From: Candidatus Pacearchaeota archaeon
Lineage (GTDB): Bacteria > Patescibacteriota > Minisyncoccia > Minisyncoccales > GCA-002788555
Reading direction: 5' to 3'
DNA length: 44,952 bases
Assembly (NCBI GenBank): GCA_035349995.1
Contig: DAOPTN010000001.1
Location: 1-44,952 of the forward strand
This document shows, one piece after another, positions 27,460 to 36,244 of the stretch. A program made the translations under genes and the position numbers. Every line of letters begins with the position of its first letter. The first letter of the stretch is position 1. Below the pieces are notes generated by a model. The model worked only from the letters and a program-made list of their open reading frames with translations, did no database searches and was not told where the DNA came from.

Positions 27460-28716
27460 TTAATTTTTGATCTTACAAATAATGGGCGGATTTGTTCTAG
27501 CAGGGCTATTCTTTTTTCTCTTAATAATTTCTTTTACTATTTCAAAAGAAACATCTGTTAAAAAGGAAATCTCTTTTGCACTAAAATTACCTTGATCTAA
27601 AAATTTTAAGATGGTATCTAACCGCTGATAAGAAATTATTAACGACTGCTTTTTGCCGCGATCCCTTGCAAAATCAATGATAGGTATTGTTTCAATAATT
27701 TGCTGAGGTAATTTTAATCTTTTTGCCATCTCAATTACTTCAGTTTTGTATAAATCTCCTAAGGGGAAAATGTCTACTCCCCCATCTCCATATTTTGTAA
27801 AAAATCCTGATTCTAACTCTGATTTATTTATTGCTCCTATTACCAATAATTGTGACTCTTCAGCAAAATAATAAAGGGTTGTCATTTTTAAACGTGACTT
27901 AAGATTCTCTTTAGCAATTTCGCTTGTTTTTGAAAAAACCCCAAGAAAACTCTCAAAAACATCTCCAAGATAAACCCTTTTGGTGTTAATTGAAAGATGT
28001 TTTTTTAAAAGATCCGCATTGTTTATTAAGGGACAGGTCTTAAAAAATGGCATTTGGACAAAAACAATTTTTTCTCTTAGCGCCTTTTTTGCTAAACAAG
28101 CTGTGACCGAAGAATCAATGCCACCAGATATACCCATTATTGCTCCCCTTGCCCCAGCATTTTTGATTTCGTCTTTAATAAAAGAAACAATTTTTTTCTC
28201 TGGTAATACGCTGTAAGATTTAATTCGCTCTTTACCCTTATTTTTTTTTAAATATCTTAATACTGGCTCGGGCACTAAATTCTGCCATTTTTTATTGGCG
28301 ACAATTTTTTTCCTAATCATTGTGCCTGATAAACCATTTAAAAATACAGGGTGAAGAGTTACCTTAGCGCCTAATTTTTTGAAACAGTATTCTGTCCAGG
28401 CATTTCGGGTAAAAACTTCTATCTCTTCTGGCTTTGACTTTGTTATTTCTAAAATTTTTTTTACCCACAATGTATCGTCCTCAATAAAATCTGGCACTCC
28501 AAAAATACTGAATTTTTTAATTCTGGCTTTTAAAAGAGCATTTTGCACCATTGTTTTTCTTTCGTTAAAAGAAAAAGGATTCTCTTTTGTTGCAAATTCT
28601 TGAGCACTGCCAATTACAATAACAATCTCTCCGTTATTTTTTGCAATCCATTTTACAGCCTCTAAGTGTCCTTTATGAAATGGCTGGAATCTTCCTATAA
28701 AAATTTTCTTTTTCAT
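27460..28716 (-). CDS. Fusion of an archaeal-type NMN adenylyltransferase (NadM-like) and an NAD+ synthetase (NadE-like)
   Basis: N-terminus IGRFQPFHKGHL (HxGH nucleotidyltransferase). The C-terminal half has the PP-loop GISGGIDSSV. 418 aa. Confidence 0.8.
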   Translation of the reverse strand: MKKKIFIGRFQPFHKGHLEAVKWIAKNNGEIVIVIGSAQEFATKENPFSFNERKTMVQNALLKARIKKFSIFGVPDFIEDDTLWVKKILEITKSKPEEIEVFTRNAWTEYCFKKLGAKVTLHPVFLNGLSGTMIRKKIVANKKWQNLVPEPVLRYLKKNKGKERIKSYSVLPEKKIVSFIKDEIKNAGARGAIMGISGGIDSSVTACLAKKALREKIVFVQMPFFKTCPLINNADLLKKHLSINTKRVYLGDVFESFLGVFSKTSEIAKENLKSRLKMTTLYYFAEESQLLVIGAINKSELESGFFTKYGDGGVDIFPLGDLYKTEVIEMAKRLKLPQQIIETIPIIDFARDRGKKQSLIISYQRLDTILKFLDQGNFSAKEISFLTDVSFEIVKEIIKRKKNSPARTNPPIICKIKN

Positions 28717-30167
28717 ATTTTTGGAAATAAAATTTCACTTTTATGGGTCTTCAATTGTTTTAATATCTTATCTGCTGTTTGGGGTAAAATTGGTTGGAGC
28801 AAATAACTTATTTGTTCAATCGCAAATAATAAATCACTAATAACTTTTTGATCTTTCTGTTCCCACGGTCGCTCTTTCTCAATGTATTTATCACAAAAAC
28901 CAATCAAATCCCATACTGCTATCAAAGCTTCATTAAACTTAAAATTTTCTAATGATAATTGATATTTTTTTGAAGTATCGCTGATTGTTTTTTGAAAATT
29001 TTTATTTTGAAACTGTTTAGAAATTATTTTAAACTCCTCTGCGGGCCGAATTAGAGAAAATCGAAAATGAGAAATTTCAGCAATCTTCATCACTCTTGCC
29101 GTTAGATTGCCCAACCCCGCTGCTAAGTCACTATTATATCTTTTTTCAAACTTTTCATAAGTAAAATCCCCGTCTTCGCTAGGTGGAATTTCACGCAAAA
29201 GATAATAACGAACTGCATCAGTACTATATTTATTCACTAAATCAAAAGGGTTAATAACATTCCCTAAGCTCTTTGACATTTTCTGACCATTAGAGGTAAT
29301 AAAGCCATGAATAAAAACTTGACGGGAGGGTGATAGCCCAGCTGACATTAACATTGCTTGCCACATTGATGTCTGCTGGCGCAGATTGTCTTTGCCAGCC
29401 ACTTGTAGACCAGGCCAAAAATCATTGAATGTTTTTAAATCATCTGGCCAACCAAGACAAGAAATATAATTAACCAAAGCATCGAACCAAACAAACATTA
29501 CTTGTTCCTCATCGCCTGGCACTGGAACACCCCAGGACATTTTTTCTTTCACTCGTGAAATGCTAAAATCTTTTAACCCTTTTCTGGTAAAATTAATAAT
29601 CTCGTTCATTCTTTCTTTCGGTAAAACAAATTGTGGATTTTTCTGATATAGATTTAAAAGTTTTTTTTGGTATTTTGAATAGCGGAAAAAATAATTTTCT
29701 TCCTCAAACACTTCCAGATCTTGATTGGGATGAAGAAAACATCTTCCATTTACCAAATCAGAATCTGTTTTTTCCATTTCACAACCCACACAATATTTTA
29801 TTTTATATTTTCCCTTATAAATATCATTGTTTTTAGCACATCTTTTCCAAAATTCCTGAGCGGCCTTAATATGTTTTGAATCAGTGGTGCGAATAAAACT
29901 ATTATAACTTAAACAGAGAGCATCTTTTAATTTTCTAAATTTCTCTGAATAAATATCGCAGTATTCCTTAGGATTTAAACCAAGATCATTTGCTTTGCGA
30001 AAAATCTTCAAACCATGTTCATCAGTGCCTGTGTTAAAAAATACCTCATATCCTTTTTGCCTATAATAGCGCGCAATCACATCAGCCTGAACAATTTCCA
30101 GCGCAAACCCCAAATGAGGATCACTGTTTATATAAGGCAAAGTAGTAGTAATATAAAACTTGGACAT
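28713..30167 (-). CDS. metG: Methionine--tRNA ligase (short form, no C-terminal tRNA-binding domain)
   Basis: PYINSDPHLGF (HIGH-like), KMSKSLGN, and a Cys knuckle CVGCEME...GRCFLH. 484 aa. Its stop overlaps the downstream start (ATGA). Confidence 0.92.
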   Translation of the reverse strand: MSKFYITTTLPYINSDPHLGFALEIVQADVIARYYRQKGYEVFFNTGTDEHGLKIFRKANDLGLNPKEYCDIYSEKFRKLKDALCLSYNSFIRTTDSKHIKAAQEFWKRCAKNNDIYKGKYKIKYCVGCEMEKTDSDLVNGRCFLHPNQDLEVFEEENYFFRYSKYQKKLLNLYQKNPQFVLPKERMNEIINFTRKGLKDFSISRVKEKMSWGVPVPGDEEQVMFVWFDALVNYISCLGWPDDLKTFNDFWPGLQVAGKDNLRQQTSMWQAMLMSAGLSPSRQVFIHGFITSNGQKMSKSLGNVINPFDLVNKYSTDAVRYYLLREIPPSEDGDFTYEKFEKRYNSDLAAGLGNLTARVMKIAEISHFRFSLIRPAEEFKIISKQFQNKNFQKTISDTSKKYQLSLENFKFNEALIAVWDLIGFCDKYIEKERPWEQKDQKVISDLLFAIEQISYLLQPILPQTADKILKQLKTHKSEILFPKI

Positions 30168-30283
30168 AAAAATATTTAATTTTTAATCTTTAAAACATAT
30201 TCTAATTAATTTTACTTAATTTTCTCTCAAAAATAAACCCCCCACCTTTAAGGGTGAGGAGTTATAAATCCTGTTTTTAGGAA

Positions 30284-30454
30284 TTAGCGTTGAAAACGCT
30301 CGTCTCTTTTCTTTTTCCAACAGTCCCTGCAATAAAGAGGCCTATCAGGAGCGGGCTCAAATGGAAGTTCAGTAATTTTTGCTCCGCATTCACTGCAAGC
30401 CCAATCACCTTGATGCATTTTTCGTTCAAAATTCCTTTCTTTATCGAAAGCCAT
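30284..30454 (-). CDS. 56-aa zinc-ribbon protein (CxxC-N17-CxxC), below the ORF-track cutoff
   Basis: My translation is MAFDKERNFERKMHQGDWACSECGAKITELPFEPAPDRPLYCRDCWKKKRDERFQR. The 62-aa plus-strand ORF at 30290..30478 is its antisense. Confidence 0.5.
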   Translation of the reverse strand: MAFDKERNFERKMHQGDWACSECGAKITELPFEPAPDRPLYCRDCWKKKRDERFQR

Positions 30455-30694
30455 AAATTTAACTTTTTAGCTTTTTAGAATCTTTATATAGATTTAAAAA
30501 AACTACAAACTTATTATATTGGCGACCTTTCTCCGTAGTAAAAATTTACCACGGCATTACTTAAGTCGCTTTCTTAATACAAGGGCCTTCGATATAAATA
30601 TCTATTTGCCGTAGTTTAAGATACGCTGACTTAATAAATTATCTAATAATTTTAACAAATTATTGTTAAAAAATCAAACTTTAAAAATTTGCTT

Positions 30695-30718
30695 TTAAGT
30701 AGCTTTGTCGAACCAGCC
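30695..30718 (-). other. 3' arm of the pre-16S processing stem (pairs with 33427..33451)
   Basis: The reverse complement of TTAAGTAGCTTTGTCGAACCAGCC matches GGACTGGTTCGACAAAACTACTTAA at 33427..33451 with 2 mismatches. Confidence 0.7.
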
Positions 30719-30985
30719 CCAAGTGATCAATCTTTAAGGATCTTTGATCAACTCCTTTTATTTTTAAAAGCAGAATTCTCAGCTTTTAAAAATAGTCGAC
30801 AAAATTTAAAAAGATTTATTCCATCGACAGGTTCCCCTACCGATGCCTTGTTACGACTTCACCTTGGTTGCCGACCTTACCTTAACCCCTCGCCTAATTA
30901 GCGACATTTTATTAATTTGCGCATAAGCGCTTCGCTAATTAGGTGAGGGGCTTTGGGTACTGCCGACTTCCCTGGTGTGACGGGC

Positions 30986-31870
30986 AATGCAATAATTGAA
31001 AGCTAATTTTGCGTTCCCACTACGCAAGCGGATTTCCCGCACGCAGCGGAGCCCTATATTTATGCATCTGCAATTTTAACTCTTTTATCTGCTTTAACTC
31101 TTTTTCCGTTATGTGCTTTCCCTTTTTATCAGAAACAATTTCAAAAATTTTACAGAATAAATCAAAATCATTTTTCCTTCCTATGCTACGAGGATGATGC
31201 TTCTGAAAAAATGGGATAACTACTTCAGAAATTTTTTGATAACTGCTAATTTCAAACCTATAACAGTTTCTATGGTTCAATCTTTTCTCTTTTTGCAAAT
31301 AAATACTTCCACAACCAAAGAAATTTTTTACTTCTTCTAGCAAGGATAATTCATCTTCTCTTAATTTAATATAATAGCGACACTCTATCCGAGGATATTT
31401 GCTTAATCCTTTCCGAAACGGATGTATAAATACAGTAAAACTACCCTCTCCATCAGTTAATCCAACTATATAATCTGCAGATAACATAAATTATAGGTAG
31501 AGTCCTTCCCTGCCTAGATTTTACTTTTCAAAATTTTGGCAGGTACTATAACTCAGCTGACTCCCAGTATTTTCGATGTAATTTTTTTACATCAATGCTT
31601 TCTTTTAAAAATACTGGGTCTCCTTGGGTCACTTTTAAAACTTTTCCTGACATCCCAACTGAGGCGGTAAATTAATCTTCTCTACCTCACCGCCCAAATC
31701 GTAGATCGATTACCTCTTTTCTAAATTTGGTTGGGCTATCATTTGTCTTAAGATCCTTCAGTCTTAACCTTGCGGTATAAGACCTATCTTTCAACTACCT
31801 TTCTGGCAGACTACCAGAAGGAATGGATTTTAACCATCTAGCTTTAAAAGCTGCCAAGCGCATTTATTAA
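30986..31870 (-). mobile_element. Intron-like insertion in the 16S 1400 region (probably group I) carrying a homing endonuclease gene
   Basis: In RNA sense the exon sequence reads CCTTGTACTCACC | 885 nt | GCCCGTCACACCAGGG, which splits the universally conserved GYACACACCGCCCGT block. GC-rich pairings flank the ORF. Confidence 0.85.
31020..31487 (-). CDS. LAGLIDADG homing endonuclease (single-motif, I-CreI-like size)
   Basis: 155 aa, N-terminus LSADYIVGLTDGEGSFTV (LAGLIDADG motif), same strand as the 16S, entirely inside the insertion. Confidence 0.85.
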   Translation of the reverse strand: MLSADYIVGLTDGEGSFTVFIHPFRKGLSKYPRIECRYYIKLREDELSLLEEVKNFFGCGSIYLQKEKRLNHRNCYRFEISSYQKISEVVIPFFQKHHPRSIGRKNDFDLFCKIFEIVSDKKGKHITEKELKQIKELKLQMHKYRAPLRAGNPLA

Positions 31871-32186
31871 GGTGAGTACAAGGTTCGGGGACATATTCAC
31901 CGCGGCGTGGCTGATCCGCGATTACTAGCGATTCCAGCTTCATGAGGTCGAGTTGCAGACCTCAATCCGAACTGAGACCGGTTTTGATGAGATTAGCTCC
32001 GTCTTACGACTTGGCAAACCCATTGTACCGGCCATTGTATCACGTGTGCAGCCCAGGACGTAAGGGCCATGCGGATTTGGCGTCATCCCCTCCTTCCTCC
32101 TTGCTATTGCAAGGCAGTCCCCTATGACATTTAAAACATAGGGAAAGGGTTGCGCTCGTTACCCCACTTAAGGGTACACCTCAGGG

Positions 32187-32218
<32 letters not shown>

Positions 32219-32347
32219 CCAGATTCCGAATTGACGGTCCTCTTCGATTTCTCTTAGAGTACATTCTGGCATGTCAAGCCCTGGTAAGGTTCTTCGCTTG
32301 TCGTCGAATTAAGCCACGTGATCCACCGCTTGTGCGAACCCCCGTCT

Positions 32348-32379
<32 letters not shown>

Positions 32380-33074
32380 TCCCAGACGGCTGACTTAACG
32401 CGTTAGCTTCGCCACTTAGAGGGTCGACACTCCAAATAGCTAGTCAGCATAGTTTAGGGCGTGGACTACTGGGGTATCTAATCCCATTCGCTACCCACGC
32501 TTTCGTCCTTCAGTGTCAGGAATGCTCTGGTTGGCTGCTTTCGCTTTCGGTGTTCCCCACGGTATCAACGGATTTTACCCCTACACCGTGAGTTCCACCA
32601 ACCTCTAACACCCTCAAGTCCTATAGTTTTTCTTGCGATTCTTTGGTTAAGCCAAAGGATTTAACAAGAAACTTATAAAACCACCTACGGACGCTTTACG
32701 CCCAGTAATTCCGGATAACATTTGAGGCACTCGTATTACCGCTACTGCTGGCACGAGTTTAGTCACCTCTTATTCAACTGGTACTCTCATCCACTAAAAG
32801 TGGATTGCTCCCAGTTAAAAGCGGTTTACAATCCGAAGACCTTCTTCCCGCACGCGGCGTCGCTCGATCAGGCTTTCGCCCATTGTCGAAGATTCTCGAC
32901 TGCTGCCTCCCGTAGGAGTGGGAACCGTGTCTCAGTTTCCCTGTTGGGGGCCGTGCTCTCACACCCCCTACCCGTCATTGCCTTGGTGGGCCATTACCTC
33001 ACCAACAAGCTGATAGGACGCAGACCAATCATAGAGTGATTTCTTGCGAAATCTTTACTGATAGCCGATTGCTT

Positions 33075-33195
33075 ACCACAAGAAATCACTCTAAATTCAA
33101 AAAGCAAAAAGCAAAAAGCAAAATTTGGAATTTTTCGTCTTTTATTTTGACTTTTACGTTTTGAATTTTGAATTAAATCCTTGCGATAAATAATC
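33075..33195 (-). other. 16S V2-region insertion (~120 nt extended hairpin)
   Basis: The stem CTGATAGCCGATT / AATCGACTATCAG encloses AT-rich low-complexity sequence (GCAAAAAGCAAAAAGCAAAAAGCAAAATTTGGAATTT...TTTTGAATTTTGAATT) that is absent from the E. coli sequence as I remember it. Confidence 0.65.
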
Positions 33196-33494
33196 GACTA
33201 TCAGACCATTTGGAATTACCTCACCTTTCGGTGAGCTATGCCAAACTCTATGGTATGTATCTACGTGTTACTAACCCGTTCGCCACTATTCAGTTCTTTC
33301 TTGCGAAAAAACTGAACCGTTCGACTTGCATGCCTCATCCACGCCGCCAATGTTCATCCTGAACCAAGATCAAATTCTCAGTTATAAAACCCGTCTGCTA
33401 TTGACAATTGCCAAAAGCATACGGGTGGACTGGTTCGACAAAACTACTTAAAAATTCATTTGTTCAATTGTTAAAGAACAACTTATTCTTTTTA

Positions 33495-33523
33495 TATATA
33501 TCAAAAAATAAAAAAAATGTCAA
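33495..33523 (-). promoter_or_regulatory. Candidate 16S promoter TTGACA-N17-TATATA
   Basis: Minus-strand TTGACA at 33518..33523 and TATATA at 33495..33500, ~45 nt upstream of the processing stem. Confidence 0.5.
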
Positions 33524-33584
33524 CCTTATTTACTGTATTTTAAAAATAAACCCTTTTTTTCTATTTTTGGGCTTTTGTTTATAA

Positions 33585-33965
33585 TTAATAATTATTTTTT
33601 TCCAATCGCTCTTTTATCAACTCTCCTACCTCTCGTGGTGTAATACTGGTTTTTAAAACATATTTTTCTGCTCCTAATCTTTGTCCTTTTTCTCTTTCTT
33701 CGGGTGCCTCATAATTGGTAAAAATAAATACTGGAATATCTTTTGTTTCTGGATCATCTTTTAGGGTCCTTAAAACCTTCATTCCTGACATCCCTGGCAA
33801 AAGAAGATCAAGAATAATTAAATCAGGCCTTTCTTCTTTAGCCGCCTCAAGACCATCTTCTCCGTCTAAAGCATATTTAACATTAAACCCTAATCTCTCC
33901 AACTCTACTTTGTACATATCTACTAACACTTCCTCGTCTTCAATAATTAAAACTTTTTTGGACAT
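33585..33965 (-). CDS. Single-domain response regulator (CheY-like receiver)
   Basis: KVLIIEDEEVL, DLIILDLLLPGMSG (phospho-acceptor Asp), and a conserved Lys in YVLKTSITP. 126 aa. Confidence 0.9.
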   Translation of the reverse strand: MSKKVLIIEDEEVLVDMYKVELERLGFNVKYALDGEDGLEAAKEERPDLIILDLLLPGMSGMKVLRTLKDDPETKDIPVFIFTNYEAPEEREKGQRLGAEKYVLKTSITPREVGELIKERLEKNNY

Positions 33966-34166
33966 AAACTTTAATCAAAAAACAAAATGGAAAATTTTTA
34001 TTACTGATTTAATCTTCCTATTTGTTTATTATAGACATTTTATATTTGTAATTCAATACTATTATAAAAATTTATTTATCTTGACAGGTTTAATTTTTCA
34101 GCAAGATAACCCCAAGAAAAATAAATGTGTATATGTAAAATTCTAAACTAAGTTAATTTAAATTAG

Positions 34167-35303
34167 TTATTTCTTTACTGGCAACTCAACATAAAAAGTA
34201 GAACCCTTACCTTTTCCGGGTGATTCTGCCCAGATCTTGCCTTTATGAACCTTAACAATTTCTGATGAAAGGTAAAGCCCTATACCAATTCCAGAAGGAT
34301 AAACAGAGGTTGCTTCTTCTGATCTTGAGAACAGTTGAAAGAGTTTTTCTTTTTCCTGAGACATCATACCCATACCTGTATCTTGAACAGAAATTTGAAT
34401 GCTTGAAGGGCAAGGTTTAAGATTTACCGTAACTCCACCTTTGCTTGTATACTTTAAAGCATTATCAATAAGATTTAAAATAACTTGACGTAACTTTTGA
34501 GGATCAGCTGTAATCTTGGGCAAGGGCTGCTTTGGCTTATTAAAAACAAGATAAAGACCTTTCTGTTGGGCCTCAGCTTGAAATTCATTAATTATTTCTT
34601 CAATAATATCCTCTAATTGAACATCATCTCGAAAATTAAATTGAAGTTTTCCGGTTTGAAGTTTATTAAGATCCAAAAGATCGTTAACAAGCTCTATTTC
34701 TCTTTCATTAGAACGATAAATAGTTTTTATAAATTCTTTTTCTTTTTCTCTTGGATAATTACCATCTAGGATCATTGATAAATATCCTTTCATTGCTGAA
34801 AGCGGAGTCCTTAATTGATGAGAAGCAATATTAAGAAACATCGTTTTTGCTTCATCTAGATTTTTATACTCATTAACTAACTTCTCTGTTCTTTTTCTTA
34901 GCGCTCTTTCTTGAACAGCTAATTTTTCAGCTTCCTCTTTTGAAATTTTTTCTCTTAAAGCTAATTCCTCTGCTTTTTTGCGTTTAAAATTAGTTTCAAT
35001 AATTTTATCTGTGCTTTTGCTGAAAAAATAACCATAAACAATCACTAAAGCAAAAACAGAAAAAATTATTGTTTCTGAAATTCTTCCTTCCATTATAAAA
35101 GAAAGAACAAAAGAAAAAACAATCAAACCCAAACTAATTATTTGATATTGTAAAAAAATACAATTAGAAAAATTTGACTCGCAATACTGACAACGTTTGT
35201 AGGGAGAGTGCCCAAGGGAATTAGCTAATAAACAATTTTTATTAAGATAATTAGGTTCTCCTAATTCTATTTTTGTTTTTTGAGATGGTTCGCTTTTTTC
35301 CAT
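34167..35303 (-). CDS. Sensor histidine kinase (membrane-bound, Cys-rich N-terminus)
   Basis: H-box ASHQLRTPLSAMKGY, N-box NLIDNALKYT, G-boxes DTGMGM and GIGIGL, two or more TM segments, and N-terminal CQYCESNFSNC. Confidence 0.9.
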   Translation of the reverse strand: MEKSEPSQKTKIELGEPNYLNKNCLLANSLGHSPYKRCQYCESNFSNCIFLQYQIISLGLIVFSFVLSFIMEGRISETIIFSVFALVIVYGYFFSKSTDKIIETNFKRKKAEELALREKISKEEAEKLAVQERALRKRTEKLVNEYKNLDEAKTMFLNIASHQLRTPLSAMKGYLSMILDGNYPREKEKEFIKTIYRSNEREIELVNDLLDLNKLQTGKLQFNFRDDVQLEDIIEEIINEFQAEAQQKGLYLVFNKPKQPLPKITADPQKLRQVILNLIDNALKYTSKGGVTVNLKPCPSSIQISVQDTGMGMMSQEKEKLFQLFSRSEEATSVYPSGIGIGLYLSSEIVKVHKGKIWAESPGKGKGSTFYVELPVKK

Positions 35304-35327
35304 TTTTAGTTCTTTTAGTTCAGAGTT

Positions 35328-35834
35328 TTACTTTTTCTGCTTTTTAAAAATTTTCTTGAAAAAAACATACATTAAAGTAGCTACGCAAAAGCCAACAAGA
35401 GCAGCTAAAAACATTAACAAATCTATCATTAAAATAAATATCCAAGCAAAATCGACAAATTTATTAAAATAAATAAGCAAAAAACCAATTAAAAGAAGAA
35501 TTGCCATCATACCAAAAACAAAGTTCAATTCACTTTTTTCTTTCATAACTGGTTTTGATTTATCTTTTAGCAACTTTCTTAAAAACAAAGCATGAAATTG
35601 ATAAGGAAGATCAAGCTTAACAGAAAAAAGACGTAGAAACATTAAAACAATGGTTGCCAATAGTAACCACTGATTACGAAATAAAAAAGAAATCAAAACC
35701 AAAACAGCATAAAATGTTCTGCAAAACTTCAAAGAACTTTCATAAACCAAAAAATGTTTAGAATTGGGTATTGGGCATTTTGTTTGATTAATATCATCCA
35801 TATTTTTATCAATTATTTTGTGTTGTTTGACCAA
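35328..35834 (-). CDS. Hypothetical polytopic membrane protein (the start may be the internal Met at ~35801)
   Basis: 168 aa with four hydrophobic segments. The annotated start overlaps sufE by 22 nt, and an in-frame ATG 11 codons downstream removes the overlap. Confidence 0.5.
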   Translation of the reverse strand: MVKQHKIIDKNMDDINQTKCPIPNSKHFLVYESSLKFCRTFYAVLVLISFLFRNQWLLLATIVLMFLRLFSVKLDLPYQFHALFLRKLLKDKSKPVMKEKSELNFVFGMMAILLLIGFLLIYFNKFVDFAWIFILMIDLLMFLAALVGFCVATLMYVFFKKIFKKQKK

Positions 35835-36244
35835 AAATCAGCATCTGCTTTTATTTTATTCACTAATTTAAAAAGACTATTGTCTTTAAGTGGTGAAAAT
35901 TGATTCCTTAATCCTATTTTATCAATAAAATAAAATTCAGTGTTTTTTATATCTTCTGGCGTCTGAGCAGAACAAATTCTTAAAAGCAGAGAAATAAGCC
36001 CCCTTGTTATTAATGAAACACTATCAATATTATAAAACATTTTTCCATCTTTGCATTCAGAATGATACCACGTATTTACTTGACATCCTCTAATAAGGTA
36101 ATTATCTGTTTTATATTTTGAATCAACTGGCTTTAATTCTCTTCCCAGTTTAATTAAATAATTGTATTTCTTAAGATCGTCATCAAGATTTTCAAATTCT
36201 TTAATAATTTCATTTTGTATTTTTTCTATTGTCATATTTATCAT
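35813..36244 (-). CDS. sufE: SufE/CsdE-like sulfur acceptor protein
   Basis: LIRGCQVNTWY (conserved Cys loop; GCQS.VW in SufE), 143 aa, inside the suf/cys cluster. Confidence 0.8.
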   Translation of the reverse strand: MINMTIEKIQNEIIKEFENLDDDLKKYNYLIKLGRELKPVDSKYKTDNYLIRGCQVNTWYHSECKDGKMFYNIDSVSLITRGLISLLLRICSAQTPEDIKNTEFYFIDKIGLRNQFSPLKDNSLFKLVNKIKADADFWSNNTK

